From Octopus bimaculoides (Eukaryota), in assembly GCF_001194135.2 (NCBI RefSeq), contig NC_068988.1, positions 35,595,029 to 35,634,605 on the forward strand: 39,577 bases of DNA, read 5' to 3'. Of this stretch, positions 25,060 to 37,590 are shown one piece after another. A program made the translations under genes and the position numbers. Under the pieces are notes generated by a model. That model did not search any database. It saw only the letters and a program-made list of their open reading frames with translations, and was not told where the DNA came from. Position 1 is the first letter of the stretch. Every line of letters starts with the position of its first letter.

Positions 25060-25812
25060 CTATTATTATACACGCAACGGATTAGACTGTTGAAAAACAA
25101 AAGAATCCTAACACCGGACTACATGTAGTCTTAGATGCCAAGAACCCCACTAAGTATCCTAGCTGTCCCAAACAGTGTTCTGTTTCCCGCAGCTGTATTC
25201 ATCTGGGTTTTAAACCTATTTCCACCATCAATCTGTTCAGATCTTTAGGAATAGTTTCCAATGCACCTATAACTACTGGGATACATTTTAAGCTCACTTT
25301 CCATAATTTCTGTAAAGAGAACCAATGAAGATACACACACATTTTATTATGGCGTCGCTTGTATTCTTTTCGGACAAGGCTGTCACATCCACTTACCAAG
25401 TGGGTCACATTTCCCACACGCTTTCCACACAGTCTGCCTTTCTGGGTGTCAGAAGTTTTATAGACGTTATACTTCACTGAATTGGTAGCGATGTGCAGCA
25501 ATGATGAGACTTTCGGTGGTACGCTTCAAATCACCTCGCTCAAGTCATAACCATGATGCTGCATTACCCTTAACGTCCTTCTGTATACCTTTCAAACTGT
25601 CCAGGCACTCTTCTTTCAAGGTCTTCTTTTCTCTTCTCTTTGGTTAAACTCTTCTTTTCCCGTCATTTCATTTGCATTTACACCCGTATCTTTCGCGGTA
25701 CATTGCAGCAGGTCTTCACCACTCCGCATTAATACTCGGCAAGCGTTCTCCTTTCACTCCTTATACAATAGTCTATCCTAATTAGTAATCTGCCACCATT
25801 ATTTCTTTTCAT
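25060..25812 (-). mobile_element. R4/Dong-like LINE 3' fragment with internal deletion of the nuclease core
   Basis: RLCGKRVGNVTHLVSGCDSLVRKEYKRRH..LHW joined directly to LWKV..IPVVIGAL, then LFGTARIL. Confidence 0.85.
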
Positions 25813-25815
25813 ATA

Positions 25816-25854
<39 letters not shown>

Positions 25855-25855
<1 letters not shown>

Positions 25856-26475
25856 GCATTTGCACAGCTTCTAACGCTGGACATGTACTGCGGTGTCAGC
25901 TGTTCACCACCAGTAAACTAAGGTAACACTTCTTATTTTTCGAACACCTTCCAGAATATTCGAGTGGTTCCAAGCAGTGCAGTTTTCTGCATGTGCTCAA
26001 CCCTTTTTGCAGCCCCTATTTGTTCCACGTTCTTCTCGATATTTTTGCTCACTGTTCCCAGGGCTCCAACAATTATTGGTTTTACTGGTACCTTTTTCAT
26101 CGATCACAACTGCTTAACTTCCCAAGCTAACCTGTCATATCTCTCGAATTTTCTTTCTTCCTTATCGCATACCTTGTTGTCAGATGGGCATTCTATGCCT
26201 GTGATTCAGCATAGTTTGTGTCCTTTCTCAATTAAGACTATGTCCGGCTTCCTATTCTCATGGTCGCACTGAATGATAAAATCTCATACGATCTTTGCAT
26301 TTCTATTTTCGACGATGCCTTCATGTTTGTGATCATACGAATGTTTTGCTCTGTCAAGTCCATACTTCTTGCAAAGTGTCCAATAGAGAAGCCTGGTTAT
26401 ATTGTCGTGGCGTCTCTTATATTCATTCAGGGTTAGTGGCGTACATTGGCTGCTAAAATGCCAAACGGTTTCACC

Positions 26476-26477
<2 letters not shown>
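25855..26477 (-). mobile_element. R4/Dong-like LINE 3' fragment, same subfamily as 872-2131
   Basis: GETVWHFSSQCTPL..NEYKRRHDN, KPDIVL, IIGALG, KTALLGTTRIFWKVFEK*; shared 3' UTR GTGGTGAACAGCTGACACCG followed by an (AAT)n tail. Confidence 0.93.
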
Positions 26478-26569
<92 letters not shown>

Positions 26570-26570
<1 letters not shown>

Positions 26571-26965
26571 ATACATATGGAAAAAAATGGATAAACAACA
26601 ATAAATATCTTGAAATACCTAAAATCTTAACAAGAACCAGGATTATGAACACAACAAAAACTATTGTCTGTTTTCAAGAAAGCCAACAAATATGAAATAA
26701 AAGCTGCTATAACGGATATATACTAAGAAAACTGAGAATTAACAACAGAAAATAAAACAAAAATTGCGACTATGATAAATCGATGGCAAGAAAACGTTAG
26801 ACATGACCGATACTTTTAAAATGTAAACAAAGTGGAGATAGACAAAGGAAACTGACAACGCTTCTGAAAAGTGCAGGATTCAAAGAGAGACTGAAGAGAT
26901 ATTGATTGTGGCGCAGACAACACCAGTAATCTACACACATTCTAATGAAAAGTATGACAATTTGA
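26570..26965 (+). mobile_element. Degraded R4/Dong-like internal fragment
   Basis: RWQ..RHDRYF..VNKVEIDK and ETEEILIVAQ resemble the pre-zinc-finger region. Confidence 0.6.
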
Positions 26966-26976
26966 TAATAATAATG

Positions 26977-27028
<52 letters not shown>

Positions 27029-27198
27029 TGAAATAATAATGATGATGATGATAATAATAATAATAATATTAATAATAATAATAATAATGATGATGATGAT
27101 GAAATAATAATGATGATGATGATAATAATAATATTAATAATAATAATAATAATAATGATGAAATAATAATGATGATGATGATGATGATAATAATAATA

Positions 27199-27229
<31 letters not shown>

Positions 27230-27334
27230 CAATAATTATAACAACAACAGCAATAAATGCCCTAATGCAGTAACAGTACCAACCCCAAGATTCCGAGTTC
27301 GATTCTAAGCAGTGACCTGAACAACAACAACAAC

Positions 27335-27413
<79 letters not shown>
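26966..27413. repeat. Compound (AAT)n/(GAT)n microsatellite containing a truncated tRNA-like SINE head (27281-27321)
   Basis: AACCCCAAGATTCCGAGTTCGATTCTAAGCAGTGACCTGAA matches the minus-strand head at 24304-24345. Confidence 0.85.
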
Positions 27414-27416
<3 letters not shown>

Positions 27417-27770
27417 CGTGGCACCTCAAGGTGACTACCATACCAGTGATTGTAGGATCTCTAGGAATGATAAAAAAAGGTACTGAAACCTATTTGAAAA
27501 TGATACCAGGCTTACCATCCCTACAGGAAGTGCAAAAAATCGTGCTAACTGGAATGACTCATGTACTGAGAAGAGCATTATCGCCGTGAATACAACATCC
27601 ATTCATGAAATCTTTTTTTTCTTAAATACATGTTTTACCTGTGAATTTGCGTGTGTAAACTGGGAATGCATGCAACGAGTTTCTCTGCCCTAGGTGTACG
27701 GAAAACACTCGGCGAGAAATGGAAGAAAATTTGAAGAAAGAACAAAAAAAAACAACATAATAATAATAAT
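27413..27770 (+). mobile_element. R4/Dong-like LINE 3' end, distinct subfamily B
   Basis: WHLKVTTIPVIVGSLGMIKKG..VLTGMTHVLRRALSP* (27587-27589), a ~170-nt unique 3' UTR and an (AAT)n tail. Confidence 0.9.
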
Positions 27771-28341
27771 AGAAGCTATGCAAACACTCTGGAATAACAA
27801 CAGAAAATAGATGGTATAGGCACACGCCAGAAAAGGTCACAGACAACGAGAAAGCAACTATACTCTGAGACATGNNNNNNNNNNCAGACAACGAGAAAGC
27901 AACTATACTCTGAGACATGCCAATACACACAGATAGAGAAATTAAGGCAAATAGACCAGATATAGTTGTCAGAGATCATTAAGGAAAAAATGTTTTCTAA
28001 TCGATGTATCAATACCAGCAGATGACAACGTTTCTCGAAAAGAAATGGAGAAACTTTCAAAATACGAAGACCTGGAAATAGAGGTAACTCGAATGTGGAA
28101 TCTAAAAACAGAAACAATTCCTATCACAGTAGTCGCATTAGGTATAATAAAAATATATTCAGACAAATACATAACAAAATCATCAGGACTTACAAATATA
28201 TATAACATACAGAAAATTGCACTACTGGGCACTGCACACCTCCTACGCAAAACACTTTCAATACAGTAACCATAAGAGAATCACAGTAAACCACAGCACA
28301 TACCCAAGGCACACACGCTATAAAAATAAAACTACTGAATA
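27771..28341 (+). mobile_element. R4/Dong-like LINE 3' fragment, subfamily A
   Basis: WYRHTPEKVTDNEK, NRPDIVVRD, FLIDVSIPADDN, TAHLLRKTLSIQ* (28267-28269); 3' UTR has a deletion of the GCGCA hairpin. Confidence 0.93.
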
Positions 28342-28347
28342 AAATAA

Positions 28348-28920
<573 letters not shown>

Positions 28921-29375
28921 AAAAGAGTAGGCTGGGTAATCTAGTTTTGTTTTCCAGAAATATCAAGCCGAATAAAAAGTAAGCAGCGTTTTGAAACATG
29001 AAATTTATGACAATATATTTCAACAATGCGGGAATTTTATTCATCAAAGTAAGATCCATTGCAATCAACACATTTTTGACAACGAGTTGCAAATTTGTTT
29101 ATTCCGGTAAACATAAAAATCCCACCGTTAAAATTTCTTCTATTTTGTTAATAGCCCAGACCAGTACTTCCTCAGGCGATGACAATTCTGTCGTTGACAT
29201 CTCCGTTTCAGACAGGCCCGAATAAAAGACATTTTCAAACTCAGCCGTCTCTCCTCAAAACGCTGCAAATCAGCACAAAACAACACGAAACCCTTCAATA
29301 AACAATAGCAAACTCTTACTCTTTCTCTCTTTTCCTCTTTTCTCCCTTTTTTTTCTGTTGTTTCAAAAATGTTCA

Positions 29376-30627
29376 TTATAAATTTATTAACTTATATCTG
29401 AAATTCTCTATCCTTGTATAATCCACAATCGGTGGCCTTCCATTAAAGTACACCAGCCCGTCCATTCCTGTGATAAATTTCATACAATAATTTCATAGGT
29501 TGTCGCTCATTTCCTTGTTTACCAATATACAGCTTTCTTCTCCGAACTTCCCTTTTGGCAGCTTCACATTAATTAAATTCTTCCACTTTGATATTCTCTT
29601 CTCTATCTCTACGGATTTCTTGAAAAGATCATTGTCCCCTTATCCTCGCTTGTCATCACATCTGGTCTCCTCTCTGGTTTCTTTTCCACTTATTGTGCAA
29701 GTTCAGGGGGCTCTTCATCTTTTTTGTCTGCCTTCCCTGCTTCTGCTGTCGATCTCTGTAACACTTCTCTTGATCTCACCTTCTTTCTTCTCTTAGCGCT
29801 GACGAACCCACCACTCTCCTCCTTTGGCGCTTTCGTTTTTCCCTGTATCTCTCTTATCTCTTGCTCATGTTGTTTTTTCCTTTTTCGTTTCTGCCTCCAT
29901 TCTTTTCTTGCGTCTCCTATCTCCTCTTTCTCACTCTGCATCGACTCAGCCTGCTTATTTTTGTATAAGGGGCACTTCAATTTCATGTGCCTCTTTTCAC
30001 CGCAGATGTAGCAATTGGGTCTACGACCTTCTACTATCACATTCAGTGAATTTTCTCCTTCAATCTCCCCTTGGGGCCACATTTCTACTCCGCTTTCCCA
30101 GCAATTCAACAAATCCGTTCTTCCAAACTCTCTGAGCTTATCCTCGGTGGTCGCTAGGATGGCCGCTACCAACCATTCCGTCTTAATGTCGGGTGAACCT
30201 TAACTATCCTGACCCGGGCGCAGCGCCTTCCCTTATACGTAGGGAGCAGCCCCACCTTTTCCGATCTCAGGACAGCGGTGGAATATGAGGCCGCCTCTTC
30301 TTTAGCTGCAAACTTCACTTCCACTGTTCCATACCTCATTCTTCTGCTCACGAATGTCGCTTTTTGCATTATGTTCCCCAAGCACTCTTCCACGTCTTCC
30401 TCCGACAGTTTTTCAATTTTATTTGTGGTGACCGCTTGCGTGCGGTACACCACTGTTTTCTCGCTTTTCTATTCGATAAATTCTTGAGGGGGGACCAGCT
30501 TGACTGAGCCTTCCTCCTTCTTCACCAAACACAAACCATTCGCTATTTCCTCTTTATCAAAATGGACCCCACTAGCTTCCAACAGTGTAGCTGCCTTTGC
30601 CGCAGCAGTTTTCACGTTGCTTTCCAT
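29376..30627 (-). pseudogene. Gag-like ORF1 of a non-LTR retroelement (CCHC zinc knuckle), disrupted; element about 29340-30795
   Basis: Collinear ORF pieces 30469-30699, 30166-30453 and 29690-30172. CYICGEKRHMKLKC (C-x2-C-x4-H-x4-C) at 29972-30013, followed by a K/E-rich region; last frame ends at TAA 29376-29378. Confidence 0.8.
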
Positions 30628-30802
30628 AATGCTACACCTTTCTTCACCCCCAATGGGGAGAAAAATGATCATAACAACTGCAGCGAGTAACAACAACACG
30701 CGCGAGACGCTTCAGCAATCAAATCAACAGTAATAGCAACAATAGCTCTCACCTTCTTCTAACAAAAAATACACACTGAAAATGACAGTAGGATCGACGC
30801 GG

Positions 30803-30974
30803 ACGTTTCGCTGATATCGCGAGCAGTTTCAGTTGCATTACGTCCTTTTTTTTTTTTTGAAGTTGAATAGCATTTGGGCAAGTCTATGTCTGTATTATCA
30901 AATTCAAAATTGCAAAATTCTGGTACAGATCATTCATGGTTCAAAATGTTGCTTACATTTTACCTAACCTAATA
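30803..30974 (-). mobile_element. 5' end of a second mariner (TIR plus N-terminal HTH codons)
   Basis: TA-TTAGGTTAGGTAAAAATG resembles an Hsmar1/cecropia-type TIR start; RHRLAQMLFNFKK/GRNATETARDISET resembles the mariner N-terminus, frameshifted in a 13-nt A run. Confidence 0.55.
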
Positions 30975-32355
30975 ATTCTTCGATATAATAATTTGTCCGA
31001 TATCTTGCTCAAAATCCCCGACGTTACATGGGAATTAACACTTTTATGTCTTTTAGGTAGCTACCACATCATCAACAGAGAAATGTATTTCGATGTTTGG
31101 AAACTCTGAAATCTCTATTCTACTTTTTCGATTTAATCTTTGTCTTTCAATGTGTACTGTATCAAATGAGTTCAGTTTCAAATTACAGTAGAAAGTTAAT
31201 GGTGTTTGTTACTTTGTTTTGCGTTCTTATTCCTATTAGTGCTGTTGTTACTACAATTGTTCTTGTCTTTCTTCTCTTGTTTTTGTGCTGTAGTCGTTAT
31301 GATATTTGTGCTTACATTTTGTTGCTGTGGTAGATGGCTTTGTTGTCTTCATTGTTATTACTGTAATTATTCTAGTGGACGATAATAATTGTTTACGTGG
31401 GTAACCGGTTTGCCAGTTGTTTAACATTCCGTCTAATTTTTTTTTTAAATCGTATGTAGTGGAGATGAACGCTCTACCGATTCATAACCTAAATGAGGTT
31501 GCAATGTTAACGAGAATTCGAAATCAGATTGAAAACATGGCTTCTTTCGTCAACCTCACCCTGTGTGATATATTAATTATCTTCGTGTTTAAAAATTAAT
31601 TAATTAGTGGTTATTAATCTTGATATAATGTGTTTATTAGATTATATAAAATTCATATTAATTAATTATCTAGCAATATATTGCGATGTGTGCGTGAATG
31701 TATGAGTATGTCTACTTGTATGTGTATTTATCTATGTATATATGTGAGTGTGAGTGTATATGCGTGTATGTATATATACGAATGTGTATATGTATCTGCA
31801 ATAAAAAGGTAAAATAAAAAGGAAAATGCTTGTTTTCACTTCAAACTCTCGCTCTTATACAGCGTGTTTCAAGACAAAAATGAAGATTGAACTCTGATCA
31901 GTAGTGGTGGTGGGATTTTCTGTTGCTGATAGAAAGATTTAATTTATTAATAAGCATAACCTTAATTAATAAACTTTCAACATTAGTTCAGCGGCTTTGA
32001 TGTTGACGGTCATAATTTAAACATAACATCTGTCCATCTGTCTTTAATGCGAGAATTAACATGAATGCATTATTTAGAGCGAACTGTACAGTATACGAAG
32101 AATGCTTTCGTTGTATGATTAACCACAGTTATTTTATGTTTCGAGACAGCAACAAATCTAGAGGAAGGACGTGGAGAAGAGAAACTAAATGTATTGTCAT
32201 TAGTGTAAATGTCTGCAGCTAGGGTCTATATGTCTTCTGGGCCTAGAACGTCTGATACAAATAAACGAAGAAAAGATACAAGAAAAAAACAACAACAACG
32301 CGAGGACGTGGTACATGCAAAGTCTTAAAAGATGCACAGGGAAGGAAAGAAAGGG

Positions 32356-32392
32356 TGTTTTATGTTTCGAGCAAAGCTCTTCTTCAGAAACA
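32356..32392 (-). ncRNA. Second minimal type-I hammerhead ribozyme motif (probably decayed), different flanking family
   Basis: UGUUU-CUGAAGA-A-GAGC-UUU-GCUC-GAAA-CA-UA-AAACA: perfect stems I and II and core; stem III reads ACAU instead of palindromic ACGU (position 32363). Confidence 0.8.
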
Positions 32393-32856
32393 GGAGACAG
32401 AGGAAAGTCCAAGATAAAAGGAAGACGGGGGGAAAAAATCGCCAACAATCCACGTACGTCTATCTATATTCGGTTAAGAGCAATCTTTCGTAACACAAAC
32501 AGTTTGATATGCATTTTTTTTATTTACTTAATGTTTTCAAGGGACTGCATTTTTAAAATTCCTGACATACACGTTTTGAATTAATTATAAAGATTTTTCT
32601 CAAGTACTATATTGCGTATTCTACAGTCATCTGTTATAAAAACAAACACACAAATAAAATTATTTATGCAATTTCCTTTCGATTAATCCATCATTTATTA
32701 TTCATTAAATCTTAATCCTGGAAGAAAAAGGATTTCAGATACTGTTATAAATAATATGAAAGTGCGAAGCATATTATTTGCAAAATATTTATTATTCATT
32801 TTTAAAATAGAATTTTAAAATCCTTATTGATTTCTTTGAATATTTACATTCGTATG

Positions 32857-32891
<35 letters not shown>

Positions 32892-34316
32892 NNNNNNNNN
32901 NNNNNNNNNNNNNNNNNNNNNNNNNNNNNNNNNNNNNNNNNNNNNNNNNNNNNNNNNNNNNNNNNNNNNNNNNNNNNNNNNNNNNNNNNNNNNNNNNNNN
33001 NNNNNNNNNNNNNNNNNNNNNNNNNNNNNNNNNNNNNNNNNNNNNNNNNNNNNNNNNNNNNNNNNNTATATACATGCATACACACAAATGAATACAGTGC
33101 GATAGAATAACAAACATCCTACAGTTTTCTTCATTAAAACACGTAACACTATCGCTTTTTTATACTGGCGGGGGCAACAATATATTAATCTGGTATTATA
33201 TCAAGGCAAATCAAAAGCTGTCACTTAAACAGTCAGATGACATGGACGATTGACATAACGATTGCAGAATCTTCAGCGCATCGGAAAATTATTTGCCTCA
33301 TTCATTTTTTGTCTATGTTTGGAGTTCAAATCTAGGCGGGATCAATTTTGTGTTTCATACACTCGTGTCTGATAAAATAAAATTTCATTCAAGAACATTC
33401 GTCGACGGTACTAACCGCTAACACTCACCTCAAAACCGCTGGCTCTGTGTCTATATCAGAAACAATTGCATGCTCTTATTACGTTTCAGATCATGTGGGA
33501 GAGTTTGGTAGCGGCAGTATTATTTATGGTTAGTTTCGATCTGGATATTCCCTCCATGTCAACTTTACCTTTCATATTGTGAGTTCGATAGAGATGACAC
33601 CAGTTAACTATTCTATCTGCATCTTTTTTCTCGGAATCAACCACGTGGCATTTCCGGTAAAGATGTAGGGACTCTTATCAGAACAACTTCTCCACCCACC
33701 GAAAAGGAAATGGAGGCAGCGAGAGGGCAGGAAACTCATGCGGTCGATGAGCTGATCTGTTACTGAAACATTTAAAAGGATAGCTTCCCAATGTGAAAAT
33801 ACATGATAAAATAGTAATAACAAAAGAATTCAGTTCCATCATAGGAGAAATATCTGAATTTGAGTTAAATGTATAGTTAATAAAACGATGACGATGACTT
33901 AAACTTGTAAAATCTTTAGTTTATCAAACTTTAAGGCAAAGAAGATGAACTTTGTCTTCGAAGAAATGGAATGTAAAAGGATGTATGTAAATGCCACAAG
34001 CTTACTGATTATTTTGCCACTTCACTTTCAAATATATCAAACAGGCTTCACGTAAGCCAGAGGTTTTTGAGTAGTTTTGGATGGACGGAATCTGTGGTAA
34101 CAAGCCAAAGAGAGCGGTCCTCGCTTTGGATGGAAGGCTTTATCTGTCTTCCGGTGTGATACCATCACCTCACCAATGGGTGACTTCAGCCCCGTCAATC
34201 ATGCTGCAAGAATTCCGTCCCATTACATGCGGTGAGATACCGAATTACTGCTCCTCTCGCCATGACTCAATGAAGAGCTATTTGCAATAAATTTATTCCT
34301 TTTACTAAATTAAATA

Positions 34317-34707
34317 TGTTGTTGTTGTTGGCACTCCGATGGTTACGACGTCGAGGGTTCCAGTTGATCCGATCAACGGAATAGCCTGCTCGTGAAATTA
34401 ACGTGCAATTGGCTGAGCACTCCACAGACACGTGTACCCTTAACGTAGATCTCGGGGATATTCAGCGTGACACAGTGTAACAAGGCAGACCCTTTGAAAT
34501 ACAGGCACAACAGAAACAGGAAATAAGAGTGAGAGAAAGTTGTGGTGAAAGAGTACAGCAGGGTTCGCCACTATCCCCTGCCGGAGCCTCGTGGGGCTTT
34601 ATGTGTTTTCGCTCAAGAAACACTCACAACGCCCGGTCTGCGAATCGAAACTGCGATCCTATGACCGCGAGTCTGCTGCCCTAACCACTGGGTCATTGCA
34701 CCTCCAC
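34317..34707 (-). mobile_element. Full-length tRNA-derived SINE with (CAA)n tail and 13-bp TSD
   Basis: A box GACCCAGTGGTTAGG, B box GTTTCGATTC; exact TSD ACTAAATTAAATA at 34304-34316 and 34708-34720. Confidence 0.92.
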
Positions 34708-35159
34708 ACTAAATTAAATAAGAGAGAACATATCCCAGCTTACCCCACATTTTTTCCTGATTTTTGAAGAAGAAAAAGTTTGGCTGCTATTTCTAGCAAC
34801 TTGAGTGACACCTTCCATACTGTCTCGTTACGATAATGAGTTACAGAAATCAACTGAAACGTCGATTCTCCATAATCATAATCGTTATTCCTGAATGAGG
34901 ATAAAAATAAATCAAATATACATATCCATTACTTGAATCTGTTATAGCCAAGGTGTGATTATCACAATATCCTAATTTGCATGACGTAATATATCCGTAC
35001 CTTTACGAAATACAATCAATAAGCGAATGAACAATTTAACAAAAAACTCCATAGGGAACTCAAAAACATTTTCGCTGTCACTCGCGAAGTACACCTGTAG
35101 AAAATTGGAGCTTAACATACAAATGCACTAGAAGTTAATCTACCTATCCACTTATCACT

Positions 35160-35194
<35 letters not shown>

Positions 35195-36205
35195 TAAACA
35201 CACAAATACAAACATATACTTCTGCGTGTGTGTGCGTGTGCGTGAACGTGTGTATCAATGAATGAATATAACCTATGCACGATAATGAGTTTTATTTTGT
35301 AGTCTGTGGAATAATTATGAACCTGTACTGTATGGTTACTAATCTCAATTCGGTAAGTCTCACGAAGTCAAAGAAATCACGCACAAGCGTCAACTTGCTC
35401 AATTTCGCTTGACAAACAATCACATTCTAATTATATTCTACCACAAACTAGATTTAATATCTTCGTATCAAACACTGCTCCACATTTCTACTTCCTTATC
35501 TCTTCAACCATTGTATTTCTTTCAGTATTATACTGGTTTTCTTCCGCTTTACTCTCACTTTCACCCCCTTTCTTTCTCTCTATATTTTTCTTTATTTTTG
35601 CCTCTCTCTCCCTCTCTCCTATTTTGTTACTCTCTTCTGAGATAACTTCTTGATATTTGACCGTTATTTCCATGTTTTGTTCGCTTTCAACATTAGTATC
35701 ACTTGCACGAAACCTTCACATTAAGCTTGATTAAACAAACACAATAGCGTTAGCAGGATATCCTCCTAACCAAGCTATTATTATAAAACTTATGTATTAC
35801 TTTTGCTTCTCCATCACAACTCTCAGTCCTGATAATATTTCAAACGACTGTCTGATAAAGTATATTTATAACTTGATAAACGTGATCTTGGAGTCAATGT
35901 TTTATTCCCTGACTTAAAGAAGAAGTTTTCCAAACAAAGCACACAAAAAATGAACAAACAAAAAACATCACAGGCAACAAGAGCAGCAGTAGCAGCGTAG
36001 TAGTAGTAATAGCAGTAGTAGTGAGTCTTCTGAAAATGTGTTTCAAGCAAAATCTGGTAAAATATACTCATAAACAATATATAGGCGAGACCTGAAGTGA
36101 AGGTGAGCTGTTAAACCTTAAACAGACGACTATGAGTACACCACACTTTTACAACAATGTTAGCCGCAGCATAATTGGTATTACTCCTATACTTGTTAAT
36201 ACAGC

Positions 36206-37320
36206 AAAGGCAGCCAGCTGGTGGAATATTTAGCGTGCCATTTTATCCGGATCTTTACGTTCTTAGTTCAAATGCAGCTGAGATTGACTTTTCCATTCGG
36301 CGTCGATAAAATAAGTAGCAATCGAACTATGAGGTCGATGTAATCAATTAGACTCGTTCCCTAAATTTTCAGGCGTTGTACCTACAGCAGAAAGGACTAT
36401 TGATTTCAAATCTTGACATGAAGCCAGCAATTTCGTGAGAAATGGGATGAATCGATTATATCAACTCCAGAGTTTAACTGGTGTTTATTTTATCGACCAC
36501 TTAACGCAAAGTTGACATCAGAGGAGTTTGAACCCTGAACAAAATGGTACTAAGAATTTGGACCGACGGGCTAACGGTTCTGTCACCTCGCCACCTTCGG
36601 TAGCAGAAAGGATTATCACGACGACTATAAAACAGCCAGCTGGCAGAATAGTTAGCAGCATTTTTCCGCCTTTTTACGTCCTGAGTTCAAACGCCAGCCC
36701 AAACTCTAATTTATTTTTAATCAATTCAAGGTCGAGAAAATAAGTACAAATAAAGTATTGGGCTTGATGTAATATCCTTACTCCATCACCTGAAACAATT
36801 ACTGAGAAAGGTTTATTGCTACGACTATTACTACTAATGTTGGTGCTTCTTTCAATAAAGTTTATGGTGTCCGATTTAGGCACAATGCCAACACCTTTGA
36901 GGTGGTGGGGATTTAGTCGATTACAATGACCCTAGCATCAAGCCCGGAAGATTGAACTACAAATTTAACTTTGGCAGGATTTGAACTCAGAGCACAAAGA
37001 GCCTGAAGCATGTTTTCAGAAGCTCTTACGATTCGGCCTGCTCAACACCGTTTCTGAAACTAATGTTCGTAGTGATGGGTTTGCAAAGACTAATATCTCA
37101 AAAATTAATTATTTTCTTATGAATTGTTATAATAACTCATGATCTGAAATACTGATTTCTCACATACGTACGAGAGCGGGTATTTGTCTATGGAAAGGCA
37201 TCGGTTAATTTTGTTAATCCTCATTAGTTCATAGGTTTCTAAATTTGTTGACCGACAAGGATGAAAGGTAAAAATGATTGCTGCAAGATTTGAAATTACA
37301 ACGTAATGGCTCATTAATTA
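36206..37320. mobile_element. Cluster of about five degenerate copies of one SINE family (+ 36206-36401, - 36446-36598, + 36629-36750, - 36885-37050, - 37225-37320)
   Basis: Shared motifs GCCAGCTGG.AGAAT..TTAGC, TTTACGT.CT.AGTTCAAA and GTCGA.AAAATAAGTA on alternating strands. Weaker copies probably lie near 7930-8010, 33250-33390 and 39500-39577. Confidence 0.7.
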
Positions 37321-37379
37321 AATCCTCAATCTCTAAAGCTTTTAGCGACCCAACACTCGTTGAAATATTGAAAACTACT

Positions 37380-37524
37380 GTTGTTGGTACAACAAAAACC
37401 ACCACCACCACCGCAACAACAACAAAAACTGCTGCTGCCGCTGCTACTACTATTGTTACTACTACTGCTACTACTACTACTACTACTGTTGCTATTACTA
37501 CTACTACTACTACTACTACTACCA

Positions 37525-37581
<57 letters not shown>

Positions 37582-37590
37582 TTATTATTA
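37380..37590. repeat. (ACT)n/(ACC)n/(ATT)n compound microsatellite
   Basis: Direct reading; forms the tail of the adjacent minus-strand LINE. Confidence 0.95.

Noticed and set aside
27840-27919. Exact 35-bp tandem duplication inside a Dong copy
   Set aside because: The two copies flank a 10-N gap; typical contig-overlap artefact.
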